A DNA stretch of 64,000 bases from an uncultured Lachnospiraceae bacterium (GTDB taxonomy: Bacteria > Bacillota > Clostridia > Lachnospirales > Lachnospiraceae): contig CASYOT010000002.1 of NCBI GenBank assembly GCA_949484645.1, positions 66,912 through 130,911 on the forward strand, in the 5' to 3' direction. Shown in pieces: positions 28,256 through 38,337 of this stretch (its first letter is position 1; the number at the start of each line of letters is the position of its first letter). The position numbers and the translations under genes are program-made. Under the pieces are notes generated by a model. It did not search any database. It had not been told where the DNA came from and saw only the letters and a list, made by a program, of their open reading frames with translations.

Positions 28256-29491
28256 ATGGGCAGAAGAGTTGTGGTAACAGGCATGGGGGCGATTACCCCG
28301 ATTGGGCTAAACATAGAGGAATTTTGGCAGTCAGTTCAGGCTGGGGAAATTGGCTTTGCGCCAATTACAAAATTCGATGCGTCGGAATATAAGTGCCGCA
28401 TAGCGGCGGAAGTAAAAGGTTTTGAAGGCAAAAACTTTATGGATGCAAAAGCGGCAAAACGCATGGAATTATTTTCGCAGTACGCAGTTGCGGCGGCAAA
28501 AGAAGCGCTTTGTGATTCTGGGATTGAGATGGAAAAGGAAGACCCCTATCGGGTAGGGACTGCGATTGGTTCCGGCATAGGAAGCCTGCAGGCAATCGAG
28601 CGGGAGCATAAAAAATTGATGGAAAAAGGGCCAAACCGGGTGAATCCGCTGTTTGTGCCGATGATGATAGGAAATATGGCGGCAGGAAACGTTTCCATTC
28701 AGTTTGGCTTAAAAGGAAAGAGCATTAACTCCGTAACGGCATGCGCCACGGGGACGAATACGATTGGGGAAGCGTTCCGCGCAGTTGCGTATGGCGAAGC
28801 AGATGTGATGGCGGCAGGCGGGACGGAAAGCTGTATTACGCCGATAGGAATTGCGGGATTTACGGCATTGACGGCGTTATCTGCCGTGGACGATCCGAAA
28901 AAATGTTCTCTGCCGTTTGATAAGGACAGAAGCGGCTTTGTGATGGGAGAGGGCGCGGCAGTTGTGATTTTGGAAGAATTGGAACATGCAAAGGCGAGAG
29001 GAGCCAAAATTTATGCGGAAGTCGTTGGCTATGGCTGTTCGTCTGATGCATATCATATTACTTCTCCGGAAGAAAGCGGGGCAGGGGCGGCAAGGGCGAT
29101 GACGAATGCGATTGCCGACGCCGGGTTAAAGCCGGAAGATATTCCTTATATTAATGCGCATGGGACGGGAACGCATCACAATGACTTGTTTGAAACAAGG
29201 GCGATAAAGCTTGCGTTTGGGGAACATGCAAAAAAATTAAGAATCAATTCCACGAAGTCGATGGTGGGCCATCTGTTAGGGGCGGCAGGGGCGATTGAAT
29301 TTGTCACTTGTGTGAAAGAGTTAGAAGAAGGGTATCTGCATCGCACGGTTGGTTATTCCAAGCCAGATGAAGAAATGGATTTGGATTACTGTAAGGAAGC
29401 GGCAACGGGCGATTATTCGTATGCGCTCAGTAATTCCCTTGGGTTTGGCGGCCACAATGCAAGCATTCTTCTGGCAAAGTATAAGGAGTAA
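28256..29491 (+). CDS. fabF: 3-oxoacyl-[ACP] synthase II
   Basis: [14 protein letters not shown]-terminus, active-site Cys (SVTACATG), HGTGT and KSMVGH motifs. AAGGAGG Shine-Dalgarno sequence before the ATG at 28256. Confidence 0.9.
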   Translation: MGRRVVVTGMGAITPIGLNIEEFWQSVQAGEIGFAPITKFDASEYKCRIAAEVKGFEGKNFMDAKAAKRMELFSQYAVAAAKEALCDSGIEMEKEDPYRVGTAIGSGIGSLQAIEREHKKLMEKGPNRVNPLFVPMMIGNMAAGNVSIQFGLKGKSINSVTACATGTNTIGEAFRAVAYGEADVMAAGGTESCITPIGIAGFTALTALSAVDDPKKCSLPFDKDRSGFVMGEGAAVVILEELEHAKARGAKIYAEVVGYGCSSDAYHITSPEESGAGAARAMTNAIADAGLKPEDIPYINAHGTGTHHNDLFETRAIKLAFGEHAKKLRINSTKSMVGHLLGAAGAIEFVTCVKELEEGYLHRTVGYSKPDEEMDLDYCKEAATGDYSYALSNSLGFGGHNASILLAKYKE

Positions 29492-29493
29492 AA

Positions 29494-29931
29494 ATGGCAT
29501 TATTAAACACGAAACAGATTATGGAAATTATCCCGCACAGGCAGCCGTTTCTTTTGATAGACACGATAGAGGAGCTAGAAGCGGGCAAACGGGCGGTTGG
29601 GAAAAAATGCGTTAGTTTTAACGAGCCGTATTTTGCAGGGCATTTTCCAAACGAACCTGTTATGCCGGGGGTTTTAATTATAGAAGCAATGGCGCAGGCG
29701 GGCGCCGTCGCGATTTTAAGTAAGCCGGGGCAAGAAGGAAAAACGGCGTATTTTGCAGGCATACAGAACGCAAAATTTAAAAAGAAAGTAAAACCGGGCG
29801 ACGTTTTAACGCTTGAACTTGAAATTATAAAGGAAAAAGGGCCGATAGGAGTAGGAAAAGGAACGGCAAAAGTGGACGGCGCCCTTGTGGCGTCTGCGGA
29901 ATTGACATTTGCAATCGGAAATGGGGAATAA
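29494..29931 (+). CDS. fabZ: 3-hydroxyacyl-[ACP] dehydratase
   Basis: [11 protein letters not shown]...[17 protein letters not shown] hot-dog fold motifs. Length 145 aa. Confidence 0.9.
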   Translation: MALLNTKQIMEIIPHRQPFLLIDTIEELEAGKRAVGKKCVSFNEPYFAGHFPNEPVMPGVLIIEAMAQAGAVAILSKPGQEGKTAYFAGIQNAKFKKKVKPGDVLTLELEIIKEKGPIGVGKGTAKVDGALVASAELTFAIGNGE

Positions 29932-29933
29932 AT

Positions 29934-31628
29934 ATGGCATCAATTTTTAAGAAAAGAAAGAACGCTCCGGTAAAAGAGAAAGAGACGGAAAATCCAAATC
30001 TTATTGTCTGTCCGTCCTGTAAAAATGATCTGGACAAATCCAAAGTGGTAGAGAATAAATATGTCTGCTATGAATGCGGCGCTTATTTCAGGGTGCGCAC
30101 CTCAAACCGGATCAAAATGGTAGCGGACGCTAAAAGCTTTACGCCATGGTTTGACGAAATGGAATCAAAAAACCCGCTGGATTTTCCGGATTACCATGAA
30201 AAAATCGAAGCGGCTCAGGAAAAAACGGGACTTCGTGAAGGAGTGACGGTTGGCGAGGCGAAAATTTATGGAGAGCCGGTTGCGCTTGGCATTTGCGATG
30301 CAAGGTTTTTAATGGGCAGCATGGGGCATGTGGTAGGCGAAAAAATTGCGTCAGCCGTGGAAAAAGCGACTGCGCTCAGGCTTCCCGTGGTTTTATTCTG
30401 CTGTTCGGGCGGAGCTAGGATGCAAGAGGGGATTATTTCCCTGATGCAGATGGCGAAAACATCAGCGGCGCTGAAGAAACATTCGGACGCAGGGCTTTTG
30501 TATATTCCGGTGCTGACGGACCCGACGACTGGAGGCGTAACGGCAAGTTTTGCTATGTTAGGCGATATTATTCTGGCGGAACCGGGGGCGCTGATTGGGT
30601 TTGCCGGACCGCGCGTCATAGAGCAGACCATTGGGCAGAAGCTCCCAGAAGGGTTCCAGAGGGCGGAATTTCAGTTGGAACATGGTTTTGCGGATGCGAT
30701 TGTAGAGAGAAAAGATTTAAAGAAAACGCTGTATAAGCTTCTGAAAATGCACACGGTAAAAGAAGGCTATGCGAACTTTATGCCGGCGACGGATTTTAAG
30801 TTTGAGCCAAGTGAACTGATGAAGGAACGCAGCGCAAAGAGTAAGAGTTTTAGCGCATGGGAGAAAGTAAAAGCGGCAAGGAATACAAGCCGTCTGGCTT
30901 CCGTGGATTATATAGAAGAAATATTTGACGGGTTTATAGAGCTGCATGGAGACCGCTGTTACAGAGATGATCCGGCGGTGGTAGGCGGCATTGCAAATCT
31001 TGACGGGCAGCCGGTAACAGTAATTGGCGTACATAAAGGCAGGGATTTAAAAGACTGCGTAAACCGCAACTATGGGATGCCTTCTCCGGAGGGGTACCGC
31101 AAAGCGCTCAGGCTGATGAAACAGGCGGAGAAATTCCACCGTCCGGTGATTACATTTGTCAATACGTCCGGCGCATTCTGCGGCATGGAAGCGGAAGAAT
31201 GCGGGCAGGGAGAAGCGATTGCAAGGAACCTGTATGAAATGTCTGATTTAAAAGTTCCGGTTTTATGTCTGATGATTGGAGAAGGCGGCAGCGGCGGCGC
31301 GCTTGCGCTGGCAGTCGGCAATGAAGTCTGGATGATGGAAAATGCAACCTATTCCATTTTGTCGCCAGAAGGGTTTGCATCGATTCTTTGGAAAGACGGA
31401 AAACGCGCAAAGGAAGCGGCGGAAGTTATGAAGATTACGGCTCAGGATTTGTACCGCTTGAAAGTCATTGAGAAAATTATTCCGGAATTTGGAAAAGCGG
31501 ATCAGGATTCACTGCATGATATTTCAATGTTTATCAAATATCATATCAGGGAATTTTTAGAACAGAGCGGCAAAATGAGCGGAACAGAGCTGGCAGAAGC
31601 CCGTTATCAGCGTTTCCGCGCGTTTTAA
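29934..31628 (+). CDS. accDA: Acetyl-CoA carboxylase carboxyltransferase, fused beta (AccD) and alpha (AccA) subunits
   Basis: N-terminal Zn-ribbon CPSC...CYEC of AccD. C-terminal half carries AccA motifs ([22 protein letters not shown]). Single 564-aa ORF. Confidence 0.8.
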   Translation: MASIFKKRKNAPVKEKETENPNLIVCPSCKNDLDKSKVVENKYVCYECGAYFRVRTSNRIKMVADAKSFTPWFDEMESKNPLDFPDYHEKIEAAQEKTGLREGVTVGEAKIYGEPVALGICDARFLMGSMGHVVGEKIASAVEKATALRLPVVLFCCSGGARMQEGIISLMQMAKTSAALKKHSDAGLLYIPVLTDPTTGGVTASFAMLGDIILAEPGALIGFAGPRVIEQTIGQKLPEGFQRAEFQLEHGFADAIVERKDLKKTLYKLLKMHTVKEGYANFMPATDFKFEPSELMKERSAKSKSFSAWEKVKAARNTSRLASVDYIEEIFDGFIELHGDRCYRDDPAVVGGIANLDGQPVTVIGVHKGRDLKDCVNRNYGMPSPEGYRKALRLMKQAEKFHRPVITFVNTSGAFCGMEAEECGQGEAIARNLYEMSDLKVPVLCLMIGEGGSGGALALAVGNEVWMMENATYSILSPEGFASILWKDGKRAKEAAEVMKITAQDLYRLKVIEKIIPEFGKADQDSLHDISMFIKYHIREFLEQSGKMSGTELAEARYQRFRAF

Positions 31629-31670
31629 CCAATAGAAAAAACGAAAAACGGCAGGTTAGAGGGAAAGCAG

Positions 31671-32636
31671 ATGAGAAGCAGAATATGTGGAACAGGAAGT
31701 GCGCTTCCAAAGCGGGAAGTGACCAATGATGATTTAAGCAAAATCATGGATACTTCAGATGAATGGATTAAGAGCCGGACAGGAATCGGCGCAAGGCATC
31801 TTGCAGTAGAGGAAACCCTTACGCAGTTAGCGGCGCAGGCGGCAAGTCAGGCATTACAGGAAGCCGGAGTCCAATCAGAAGAATTGGATATGATAATAGC
31901 GGCGACGCTTTCAGCGGATAATATTTTGCCGTCACTCTCCTGCGAACTCCAGCGGGAACTTGGCGCGAAAAATGCAGTCGCTTTTGACATTAACGCGGCG
32001 TGTTCCGGTTTTCTATTTGCGTTACAGACGGCGGATGCGTATATCCGCTGTGGGCAATGCCAAAAGATCCTTATCGTAGGCGGTGAAATTTTATCTAAAA
32101 TGGTGGACTGGAATGACCGATCCACTTGTGTCTTGTTTGGGGACGGCGCGGGCGCGGCAGTGATTCAGGGCTCAGAGACGCCGGGAATCCTTAGCAGCGT
32201 CTCTGGTTCTGACGGGGCAAAAGGAGAGGCGCTTTTCTGCAAAAACAGAGAAAACCATAACCCATATGTAAAAGGCGCCACAGAAGTTTCTTATGTATCC
32301 ATGAATGGGCAGGAAGTATATAAATTTGCAGTCCGTACAGTGCCGAAAGCGATTTTAGAGGCAGTGAACAAGGCAGGTCTTTTGATAGAAGACATTGACT
32401 TGTTTGTACTGCATCAGGCAAATATGCGGATTATAGAGTCCGTTTCAAAGCGTCTGAAAGTTCCGATAGAGAAATTTCCGGTTAATCTGGAAACTTGCGG
32501 AAACATTTCGGCAGGCAGTGTTCCAGTTCTTTTAGATGCGGTAAATCAGAAAGGGATGCTGAAAAAAGGAGATAAAATTGTTCTTGCAGGGTTTGGCGCG
32601 GGCCTGTCGTGGGGAGCGTGCGTATTGGTTTGGTGA
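31671..32636 (+). CDS. fabH: 3-oxoacyl-[ACP] synthase III
   Basis: Active-site Cys in AACSGF, His/Asn region (HQANMRI...GNISAGSVP). Length 321 aa. Confidence 0.9.
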   Translation: MRSRICGTGSALPKREVTNDDLSKIMDTSDEWIKSRTGIGARHLAVEETLTQLAAQAASQALQEAGVQSEELDMIIAATLSADNILPSLSCELQRELGAKNAVAFDINAACSGFLFALQTADAYIRCGQCQKILIVGGEILSKMVDWNDRSTCVLFGDGAGAAVIQGSETPGILSSVSGSDGAKGEALFCKNRENHNPYVKGATEVSYVSMNGQEVYKFAVRTVPKAILEAVNKAGLLIEDIDLFVLHQANMRIIESVSKRLKVPIEKFPVNLETCGNISAGSVPVLLDAVNQKGMLKKGDKIVLAGFGAGLSWGACVLVW

Positions 32637-32641
32637 CGGAC

Positions 32642-33115
32642 ATGGAGGAAGAAATGAGGACAGACTGCAGACGGGATACAGATGGGGTTTTAAATGAATT
32701 GCTGGTAAAATTATTTAAAAATATTGTAGAAATAGAAGAAAAATTTTTGATTACGCCAGAATTTAAAGATATAAGCGTGAATGATATGCACGTCATAGAA
32801 GCAGTCGGGATCACTGAGCCAAAGAGTATGTCCATGATTGCGAAATTAATGTCTGTCACGACAGGTACGCTAACGAAATCTATGGACGGGCTTTCTGAAA
32901 AAGGATATGTATTCCGAAACCGTGGGACGAAGGATAAGCGGGTGATGTTTGTGTCCCTGACTGAAAAAGGCAGAAACGCTTTTTTTCACCATGAAAGGTT
33001 TCATAGGAATATGATTTCCAAAATAAAAGACGGAATCAGCGAGCATGAAACGACAGTGCTTATATATGCGCTGGCAAAATTAAATGATTATTTTCATCAA
33101 ATTTATAAACGGTAA
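32642..33115 (+). CDS. MarR-family transcriptional regulator; FabT-like by context
   Basis: Winged-HTH MarR fold (LTKSMDGLSEKGYVFRNRGTKDKRVMFVSLTEKG) at the 3' end of the fab cluster. Confidence 0.65.
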   Translation: MEEEMRTDCRRDTDGVLNELLVKLFKNIVEIEEKFLITPEFKDISVNDMHVIEAVGITEPKSMSMIAKLMSVTTGTLTKSMDGLSEKGYVFRNRGTKDKRVMFVSLTEKGRNAFFHHERFHRNMISKIKDGISEHETTVLIYALAKLNDYFHQIYKR

Positions 33116-33123
33116 TTGTCTGA

Positions 33124-33165
33124 AAAGAATGGATTGGGCGTAAGGTTCAATCCATTCTTTTCTAA
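33124..33165 (+). terminator. Intrinsic terminator closing the fab operon
   Basis: Perfect 14-bp stem aaaagaatggattg...caatccattctttt. Confidence 0.6.
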
Positions 33166-33338
33166 TCTGCGGCGGCAATTTTCTGACTGGGGACAGAGAA
33201 ACGGGAGGAAAGCAAATATATGCCTGTCGGGAGAAACGGAATCCAAAGAAATACGGGATTAAGGAAATCTTAAGATTCCCTTTCTTGCGTGTGATATAGG
33301 GCTATGGTATAATTGATAAGATTTAAGGAGGAAAAAGA

Positions 33339-34313
33339 ATGGAACCATTATTGAACGCCCCGGCGGCAGTGCAGCAGGCGAAGGCCTCGCAGAAGGGGCT
33401 GCATTGGGCGTTGGAAATTGTCATTTTTATTGCGGTGTTTTTTGTCTGTATGATTGGAGAAATGCTGCTTATGCTCCCGATTCAGGCAATGCTTTTGATG
33501 AGGGACAAAACTTATTTGTCGGCTTTAAAATCCGGCAATCCGGATTTTATTATAGAAGCTTCCGAAAATGCAATCAGTGGAGACGTAAGTCTTATCCTCT
33601 CCTTGTTTGTAACGGCTGTTATGACGGCCATTGTTTTTCTGTTCTGTAAGTTTATCCAAAAAAGGAGGCTTTCATCTTTAGGCTTTGTCAAAAAGGGCTT
33701 TGCATCTGCATATCTGAAAGGTCTTTTGCTTGGCTTTCTTATGTTTTCCGCAGCAGTGTTAATTTGCGTTTTAACGGGTTCATTAAAACTTACATATTCG
33801 CCCGAACGGTTTGCGTTTCCGGCATTCCTGTTCATAGCGGCCGGCTATATGGTTCAGGGAATGGCTGAGGAAGTTTTATGCCGCGGGTATTTTATGGTGT
33901 CTTTGGGGCGGCGCTATCCTATGGCGGCCGCGGCTGTCATTAATGCCACAGCATTTGCGGCCATGCATCTGTTTAATCCCGGAATTTCGCCATTGGCGGT
34001 TATAAATTTAATATTGTTTGGCATTTTTGCATCCGTTTGTTTTATCCAGACAAATAATATCTGGCTGATTGGCGCCCTGCATTCCGTTTGGAATCTGACG
34101 CAGGGAAATGTGTATGGAATTAAAGTCAGCGGCATGGATTCAAGATGCAGTGTTTTTTCGGCTTCAACGCCGGAAGGCATGGAGATATTTCATGGCGGGG
34201 CGTTTGGGCTGGAGGGCGGCCTTGCAGTGACGATTGTGCTAATGGCAGGAATAGCAGCCATGCTGTTTCTGTTAAAAAATAATAAAAAAGAGATGGCGGT
34301 GGAAAAACTATGA
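33339..34313 (+). CDS. CPBP-family intramembrane metalloprotease (CAAX protease / Abi-type immunity protein)
   Basis: Polytopic membrane protein with CPBP motifs EEVLCRGY (EExxxR), FAAMHLFNP (FxxxH) and HSVWN (HxxxN). Confidence 0.8.
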   Translation: MEPLLNAPAAVQQAKASQKGLHWALEIVIFIAVFFVCMIGEMLLMLPIQAMLLMRDKTYLSALKSGNPDFIIEASENAISGDVSLILSLFVTAVMTAIVFLFCKFIQKRRLSSLGFVKKGFASAYLKGLLLGFLMFSAAVLICVLTGSLKLTYSPERFAFPAFLFIAAGYMVQGMAEEVLCRGYFMVSLGRRYPMAAAAVINATAFAAMHLFNPGISPLAVINLILFGIFASVCFIQTNNIWLIGALHSVWNLTQGNVYGIKVSGMDSRCSVFSASTPEGMEIFHGGAFGLEGGLAVTIVLMAGIAAMLFLLKNNKKEMAVEKL

Positions 34314-35200
34314 AACTGGAATTAAAAGACATTCAGAAAAGTTTTGGGGAAAAAGAAGTGCTCAAAGGCATTTCGTTTTCCGCGGTCAGCGGCAAGGCAT
34401 TTGGTCTGCTGGGAAGGAACGGGGCGGGAAAAACGACGACAATCCGTATTTTAATGGATGTGTTTTCCGCAGATGGCGGGAAAGTGACGATTGATGGCGC
34501 GCCGGTAAATTATCAAGCAATTAAAATTGGTTATCTGCCGGAAGAACGCGGGCTGTACCCGAAGAAAAAAATCATCGACCAGTTGCGCTATTTTGCCGAA
34601 CTGCATGGAATGAAAAGCAGTGAAGCGGTGAAAGCGATCGATTATTGGCTTGACCGGCTTGATATGATGGAACACCGGGACAAACGCCTTGATACGCTTT
34701 CAAAAGGAAACCAGCAGAAAATACAGCTTATTACGGCGCTTGCCCATAATCCAGACATTGTAATTTTAGATGAACCGTTTTCCGGATTAGATCCGGTCAA
34801 TGCCATGCTGTTAAAAGATGTGGTGAAAGAAGAAATTGCAAATGGAAAAATTGTGCTTTTTTCAAGTCATCAAATGAACTATATTGAGGAATTTTGTGAC
34901 AGAATTGCGATCTTAAACAATGGAAGCGTAGCAATACAAGGAGACATTAATGAAATAAAGCGGAATTATGTGCGTGATAAGCTGGTGGCGCGTTCCGATC
35001 AGGCAGGTGAGATTCTTACAGAGTTAGGGGCTTGCTGTACGAAAAAAGAAGATGGAAGCCTGCTCATTCAGTTGAAGTCGGAAGGGCAGAAACAGGAAAT
35101 GATGAAGCGTCTGACGGAAGCGTATGATATTGATGAAATCAAAGTGTTTGAGCCGTCGCTGAATGACATTTTTGTCGAGCATGCCGGAGATCATGTCTAA
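34310..35200 (+). CDS. ABC transporter ATP-binding protein (ABC-2 type exporter)
   Basis: Walker A GRNGAGKTT, signature LSKGNQQK, Walker B ILDEPFSGLD. Overlaps the CPBP gene end. Confidence 0.9.
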   Translation: MKLELKDIQKSFGEKEVLKGISFSAVSGKAFGLLGRNGAGKTTTIRILMDVFSADGGKVTIDGAPVNYQAIKIGYLPEERGLYPKKKIIDQLRYFAELHGMKSSEAVKAIDYWLDRLDMMEHRDKRLDTLSKGNQQKIQLITALAHNPDIVILDEPFSGLDPVNAMLLKDVVKEEIANGKIVLFSSHQMNYIEEFCDRIAILNNGSVAIQGDINEIKRNYVRDKLVARSDQAGEILTELGACCTKKEDGSLLIQLKSEGQKQEMMKRLTEAYDIDEIKVFEPSLNDIFVEHAGDHV

Positions 35201-35230
35201 TGGCATATTATTTATGGAAGGAGAAAAACG

Positions 35231-36493
35231 ATGAAGCAGTTTGGGACGATTTTGAAATTCGAATTAAACAGCTATTTTAAAAATAAAGTATTTGTAGGGA
35301 TTACGTTATTTCTGGCGGCGGCGATTGCGGCCGTGATGTTTTTCCCAAGGATAAAGGAAAGCATAGAAGGGAAAGAGACGCAGACGGAAACGGCGGAAAC
35401 AGGAAGCTCGATTGAAGGAATGATATTATTTTCCACGGGCGGCGCGGGAACGGAAAATGCTGAGGCAATCCGTCAGGCGCTGGATCAGGCGTTTACGGAT
35501 TATGCGGTTTGCTTAACGGAAGACGGCATAGAGCAGATAAAGGAAAAAGTGGTTTCGGGGGAAGCGGAGTGCGCATTTGTGATGAATGGGACGTTGTCAT
35601 ATACTTATTACGTCAATAACCTTTCTTTATATGACAGGAATACAGAGATTGCCGATGAAATCTTTTCCACTGTCCATGGCATAGAAACGCTGACAGCGTC
35701 CGGCATGACATATGAAGAAGCGGGCGCAGCCCTTACGGCGCCGGTTACGCATGAAACGGAGAGCCTTGGCAAGGATCAGATGAAAAATTTCTTCTATACT
35801 TATATTATGATTTTTGCGTTGTATATGGTAATCCTTCTCTATGGGCAGATGGTGGCGACAAATGTTGCGACGGAAAAAAGCTCAAGGGCGATGGAGCTTT
35901 TGATTACAAGCGCAAAGCCGGTAAACATGATGTTCGGGAAAGTCATAGCGTCCTGTCTGGCTGGATTTATCCAGCTTTTGGCCGTGTTTGGCTCGGCAAT
36001 TATATTCTATAGCATGAACAAATCGTATTGGGGTGACAGTATGATCATTGAGTCGGTGTTTGGAATGCCGGCTGATTTGCTTATTTATATGCTGATTTTC
36101 TTTGTGCTGGGATTCTTTATTTACGCATTCTTATTTGGCGCGATTGGGTCGACGGCTTCAAAGGTGGAAGACATTAACACTTCAGTTATGCCGCTGACGC
36201 TCCTCTTTGTTGCAGGATTTTTAGTTGTTATGTTTTCCATGCAGGGAGGCAGCGTAGACAGCCTTTTGATGCGGATTTGCTCTTATGTGCCGTTTACGTC
36301 GCCAATGGCGATGTTTACGCGGATTGCGATGAGTACCGTTCCGTTTTATGAGATTGCGCTTTCGATTGCCGTTTTAATCATAAGCGTAATCGGCGTTGGC
36401 GTGGTTTCTGCAAAAATTTACCGTGTCGGCGTGTTGCTGTACGGGACGAAACCGAAAATTAGCGCAATTATCAAAGCAATTAGAAAAGCATAG
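35231..36493 (+). CDS. ABC-2 family transporter permease
   Basis: 420 aa. N-terminal transmembrane segment, large extracytoplasmic loop, then six C-terminal transmembrane segments. Confidence 0.75.
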   Translation: MKQFGTILKFELNSYFKNKVFVGITLFLAAAIAAVMFFPRIKESIEGKETQTETAETGSSIEGMILFSTGGAGTENAEAIRQALDQAFTDYAVCLTEDGIEQIKEKVVSGEAECAFVMNGTLSYTYYVNNLSLYDRNTEIADEIFSTVHGIETLTASGMTYEEAGAALTAPVTHETESLGKDQMKNFFYTYIMIFALYMVILLYGQMVATNVATEKSSRAMELLITSAKPVNMMFGKVIASCLAGFIQLLAVFGSAIIFYSMNKSYWGDSMIIESVFGMPADLLIYMLIFFVLGFFIYAFLFGAIGSTASKVEDINTSVMPLTLLFVAGFLVVMFSMQGGSVDSLLMRICSYVPFTSPMAMFTRIAMSTVPFYEIALSIAVLIISVIGVGVVSAKIYRVGVLLYGTKPKISAIIKAIRKA

Positions 36494-36551
36494 GTATAAA
36501 TCTCCTTCTTTTGGGAAAAATGTAAGAAACAAGCAAAAAGGAGGAACGCTT

Positions 36552-36740
36552 ATGCATGCAGTTGTAGACAAAAACACTTGCATTGGATGCGGGTTATGCG
36601 CTTCTACGGAGCCAGACGTTTTCAAAATAGATGATGACGGTAAGGCTGTCAGTTTTGCGGAGACGACGGAAGAAAACAAAGATTCCGTTGAAACCTGTAT
36701 AGAAGGCTGTCCGGTGAATGCAATCCATTCGGAGGATTAA
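36552..36740 (+). CDS. 4Fe-4S ferredoxin (single-cluster type)
   Basis: 62 aa. CIGCGLC ... C-terminal C...CP motif. AGGAGG Shine-Dalgarno sequence before the ATG at 36552; the longer ORF-track start at 36396 is rejected. Confidence 0.8.
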   Translation: MHAVVDKNTCIGCGLCASTEPDVFKIDDDGKAVSFAETTEENKDSVETCIEGCPVNAIHSED

Positions 36741-36745
36741 ACAAA

Positions 36746-36784
36746 AAACATTCTGCGTATTTTCTCGCAGAATGTTTTTTTATG
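36746..36784 (+). terminator. Intrinsic terminator after the ferredoxin gene
   Basis: Stem aaacattctgcg...cgcagaatgttt followed by a T-run. Confidence 0.8.
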
Positions 36785-36869
36785 TCCTGCTTTACATTTT
36801 CGTTTAGAACGATTATTATAGACATGAAGTTACCTGAATATCGAGTGAAAGAAAGAAATGAGGCAGATT

Positions 36870-38276
36870 ATGGGAGGATTTTTTGGAGCAGCATCCACGC
36901 AGGATTGTGTATTTGATTTATTTTTCGGAATTGATTACCATTCGCATTTGGGAACGAAACGCGGCGGCATGGTGGTTTATGGGGAGAACGGCTTTGATCG
37001 GGCGATCCATAATATTGAAAATGCGCCGTTCCGCACGAAGTTTGATAAAGACGTTCAGAAAATGTCAGGCAGAATGGGAATTGGCTGTATTTCGGATTAT
37101 GAGCCACAGCCGCTATTGGTCCGCTCCCACCATGGCACATATGCGATTACCACGGTGAGTAAAATTAATAACATGAAAGAGCTTACGAAGATGTTGTTTG
37201 AACAGGGACATTCACATTTTCTGGAAATGAGCGGCGGGGACATCAATGCGACGGAGATGATCGCATCGCTGATTAACCAGAAGGAAAACCTGATTGAAGG
37301 AATCCAGTATGCGTTAGAATCTGTAGACGGTTCTGTATCAATTTTATTGATGAACGAAAAAGGGATTTATGCGGCGCGGGATAAATATGGCCGCACCCCT
37401 GTTGTAATCGGAAAAAAAGAGGATGCGTTCTGCATTTCTTTTGAAAATTTTGCGTACCGGAATCTTGGATATAAAGATTACAAAGAGCTTGGCGCGGGTG
37501 AGGTTGCAGTGATTACGGATAAAAGCTGCAAGACCTTGTTAAAAGCCGGAGAAGAAATGAAAGTCTGCGCCTTTTTATGGGTTTATTATGGGTATTCCGC
37601 AAGCTCCTATGAAGGGACAAGCGTAGAGCAGATGCGGTATGCGTGTGGAAGCAAGATGGCGAAACGGGACAGCGTAAAGCCGGATATTGTCGCAGGCGTT
37701 CCAGATTCAGGGACAGCCCATGCGATTGGCTATGCGAATGAATCTGGAATACCGTTTTCCCGCCCGTTTATCAAGTACACTCCGACGTGGCCGCGGTCTT
37801 TTATGCCGACGATACAAAGCCAGCGTGATTTGATTGCCAGAATGAAACTTTTGGCGGTGGAGGAGCTGATTCGGGATAAAAGCCTGCTTTTGATTGACGA
37901 TTCCATTGTCAGGGGGACGCAGTTAAGGGAAACGACAGAATTTTTGTATGAAAGCGGAGCGAAAGAAGTGCATATCCGCCCTGCCTGCCCTCCTCTTTTA
38001 TATAGCTGTAAATATTTGAATTTTTCTCGCTCAACTTCGGAAATGGATTTAATTACCAGAAGAATGATTGCCCGTTTAGAAGGCAAAACCGTTACGGAGG
38101 AGGTTCTTCAGGAATATGCAGATCCAGAATCAGAGAAGTATGAACAAATGGTGGAGGAAATCCGCAAAGAACTGAATTTTACTTCGCTTCGGTTTAACCG
38201 CCTTGACGATATGCTGGATGCGGTTGGCATTGATAAGTGTAAGCTATGCACTTATTGCTGGAATGGAAAAGAATAA
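36870..38276 (+). CDS. Amidophosphoribosyltransferase (PurF)-like protein lacking the N-terminal Cys nucleophile; retains PRTase motif and C-terminal Cys cluster
   Basis: N-terminus MGGFFG (compare PurF MCG[IV][FV]G). PRTase type I motif LLIDDSIVRGTQL. C-terminal CKLCTYC. GAGG Shine-Dalgarno sequence before the ATG at 36870. Confidence 0.6.
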   Translation: MGGFFGAASTQDCVFDLFFGIDYHSHLGTKRGGMVVYGENGFDRAIHNIENAPFRTKFDKDVQKMSGRMGIGCISDYEPQPLLVRSHHGTYAITTVSKINNMKELTKMLFEQGHSHFLEMSGGDINATEMIASLINQKENLIEGIQYALESVDGSVSILLMNEKGIYAARDKYGRTPVVIGKKEDAFCISFENFAYRNLGYKDYKELGAGEVAVITDKSCKTLLKAGEEMKVCAFLWVYYGYSASSYEGTSVEQMRYACGSKMAKRDSVKPDIVAGVPDSGTAHAIGYANESGIPFSRPFIKYTPTWPRSFMPTIQSQRDLIARMKLLAVEELIRDKSLLLIDDSIVRGTQLRETTEFLYESGAKEVHIRPACPPLLYSCKYLNFSRSTSEMDLITRRMIARLEGKTVTEEVLQEYADPESEKYEQMVEEIRKELNFTSLRFNRLDDMLDAVGIDKCKLCTYCWNGKE

Positions 38277-38337
38277 AATAGAATGAATTTAAAATTGCCT
38301 CATAGAATAGTACAAAAGAAATTTTGTCAGGGTGTAT

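Noticed and set aside
36396-36551. Longer 114-aa version of the ferredoxin ORF from the six-frame track
   Set aside because: Upstream extension overlaps the permease gene end and lacks a Shine-Dalgarno sequence. The internal ATG at 36552 has AGGAGG at the correct spacing and yields a canonical 62-aa ferredoxin.
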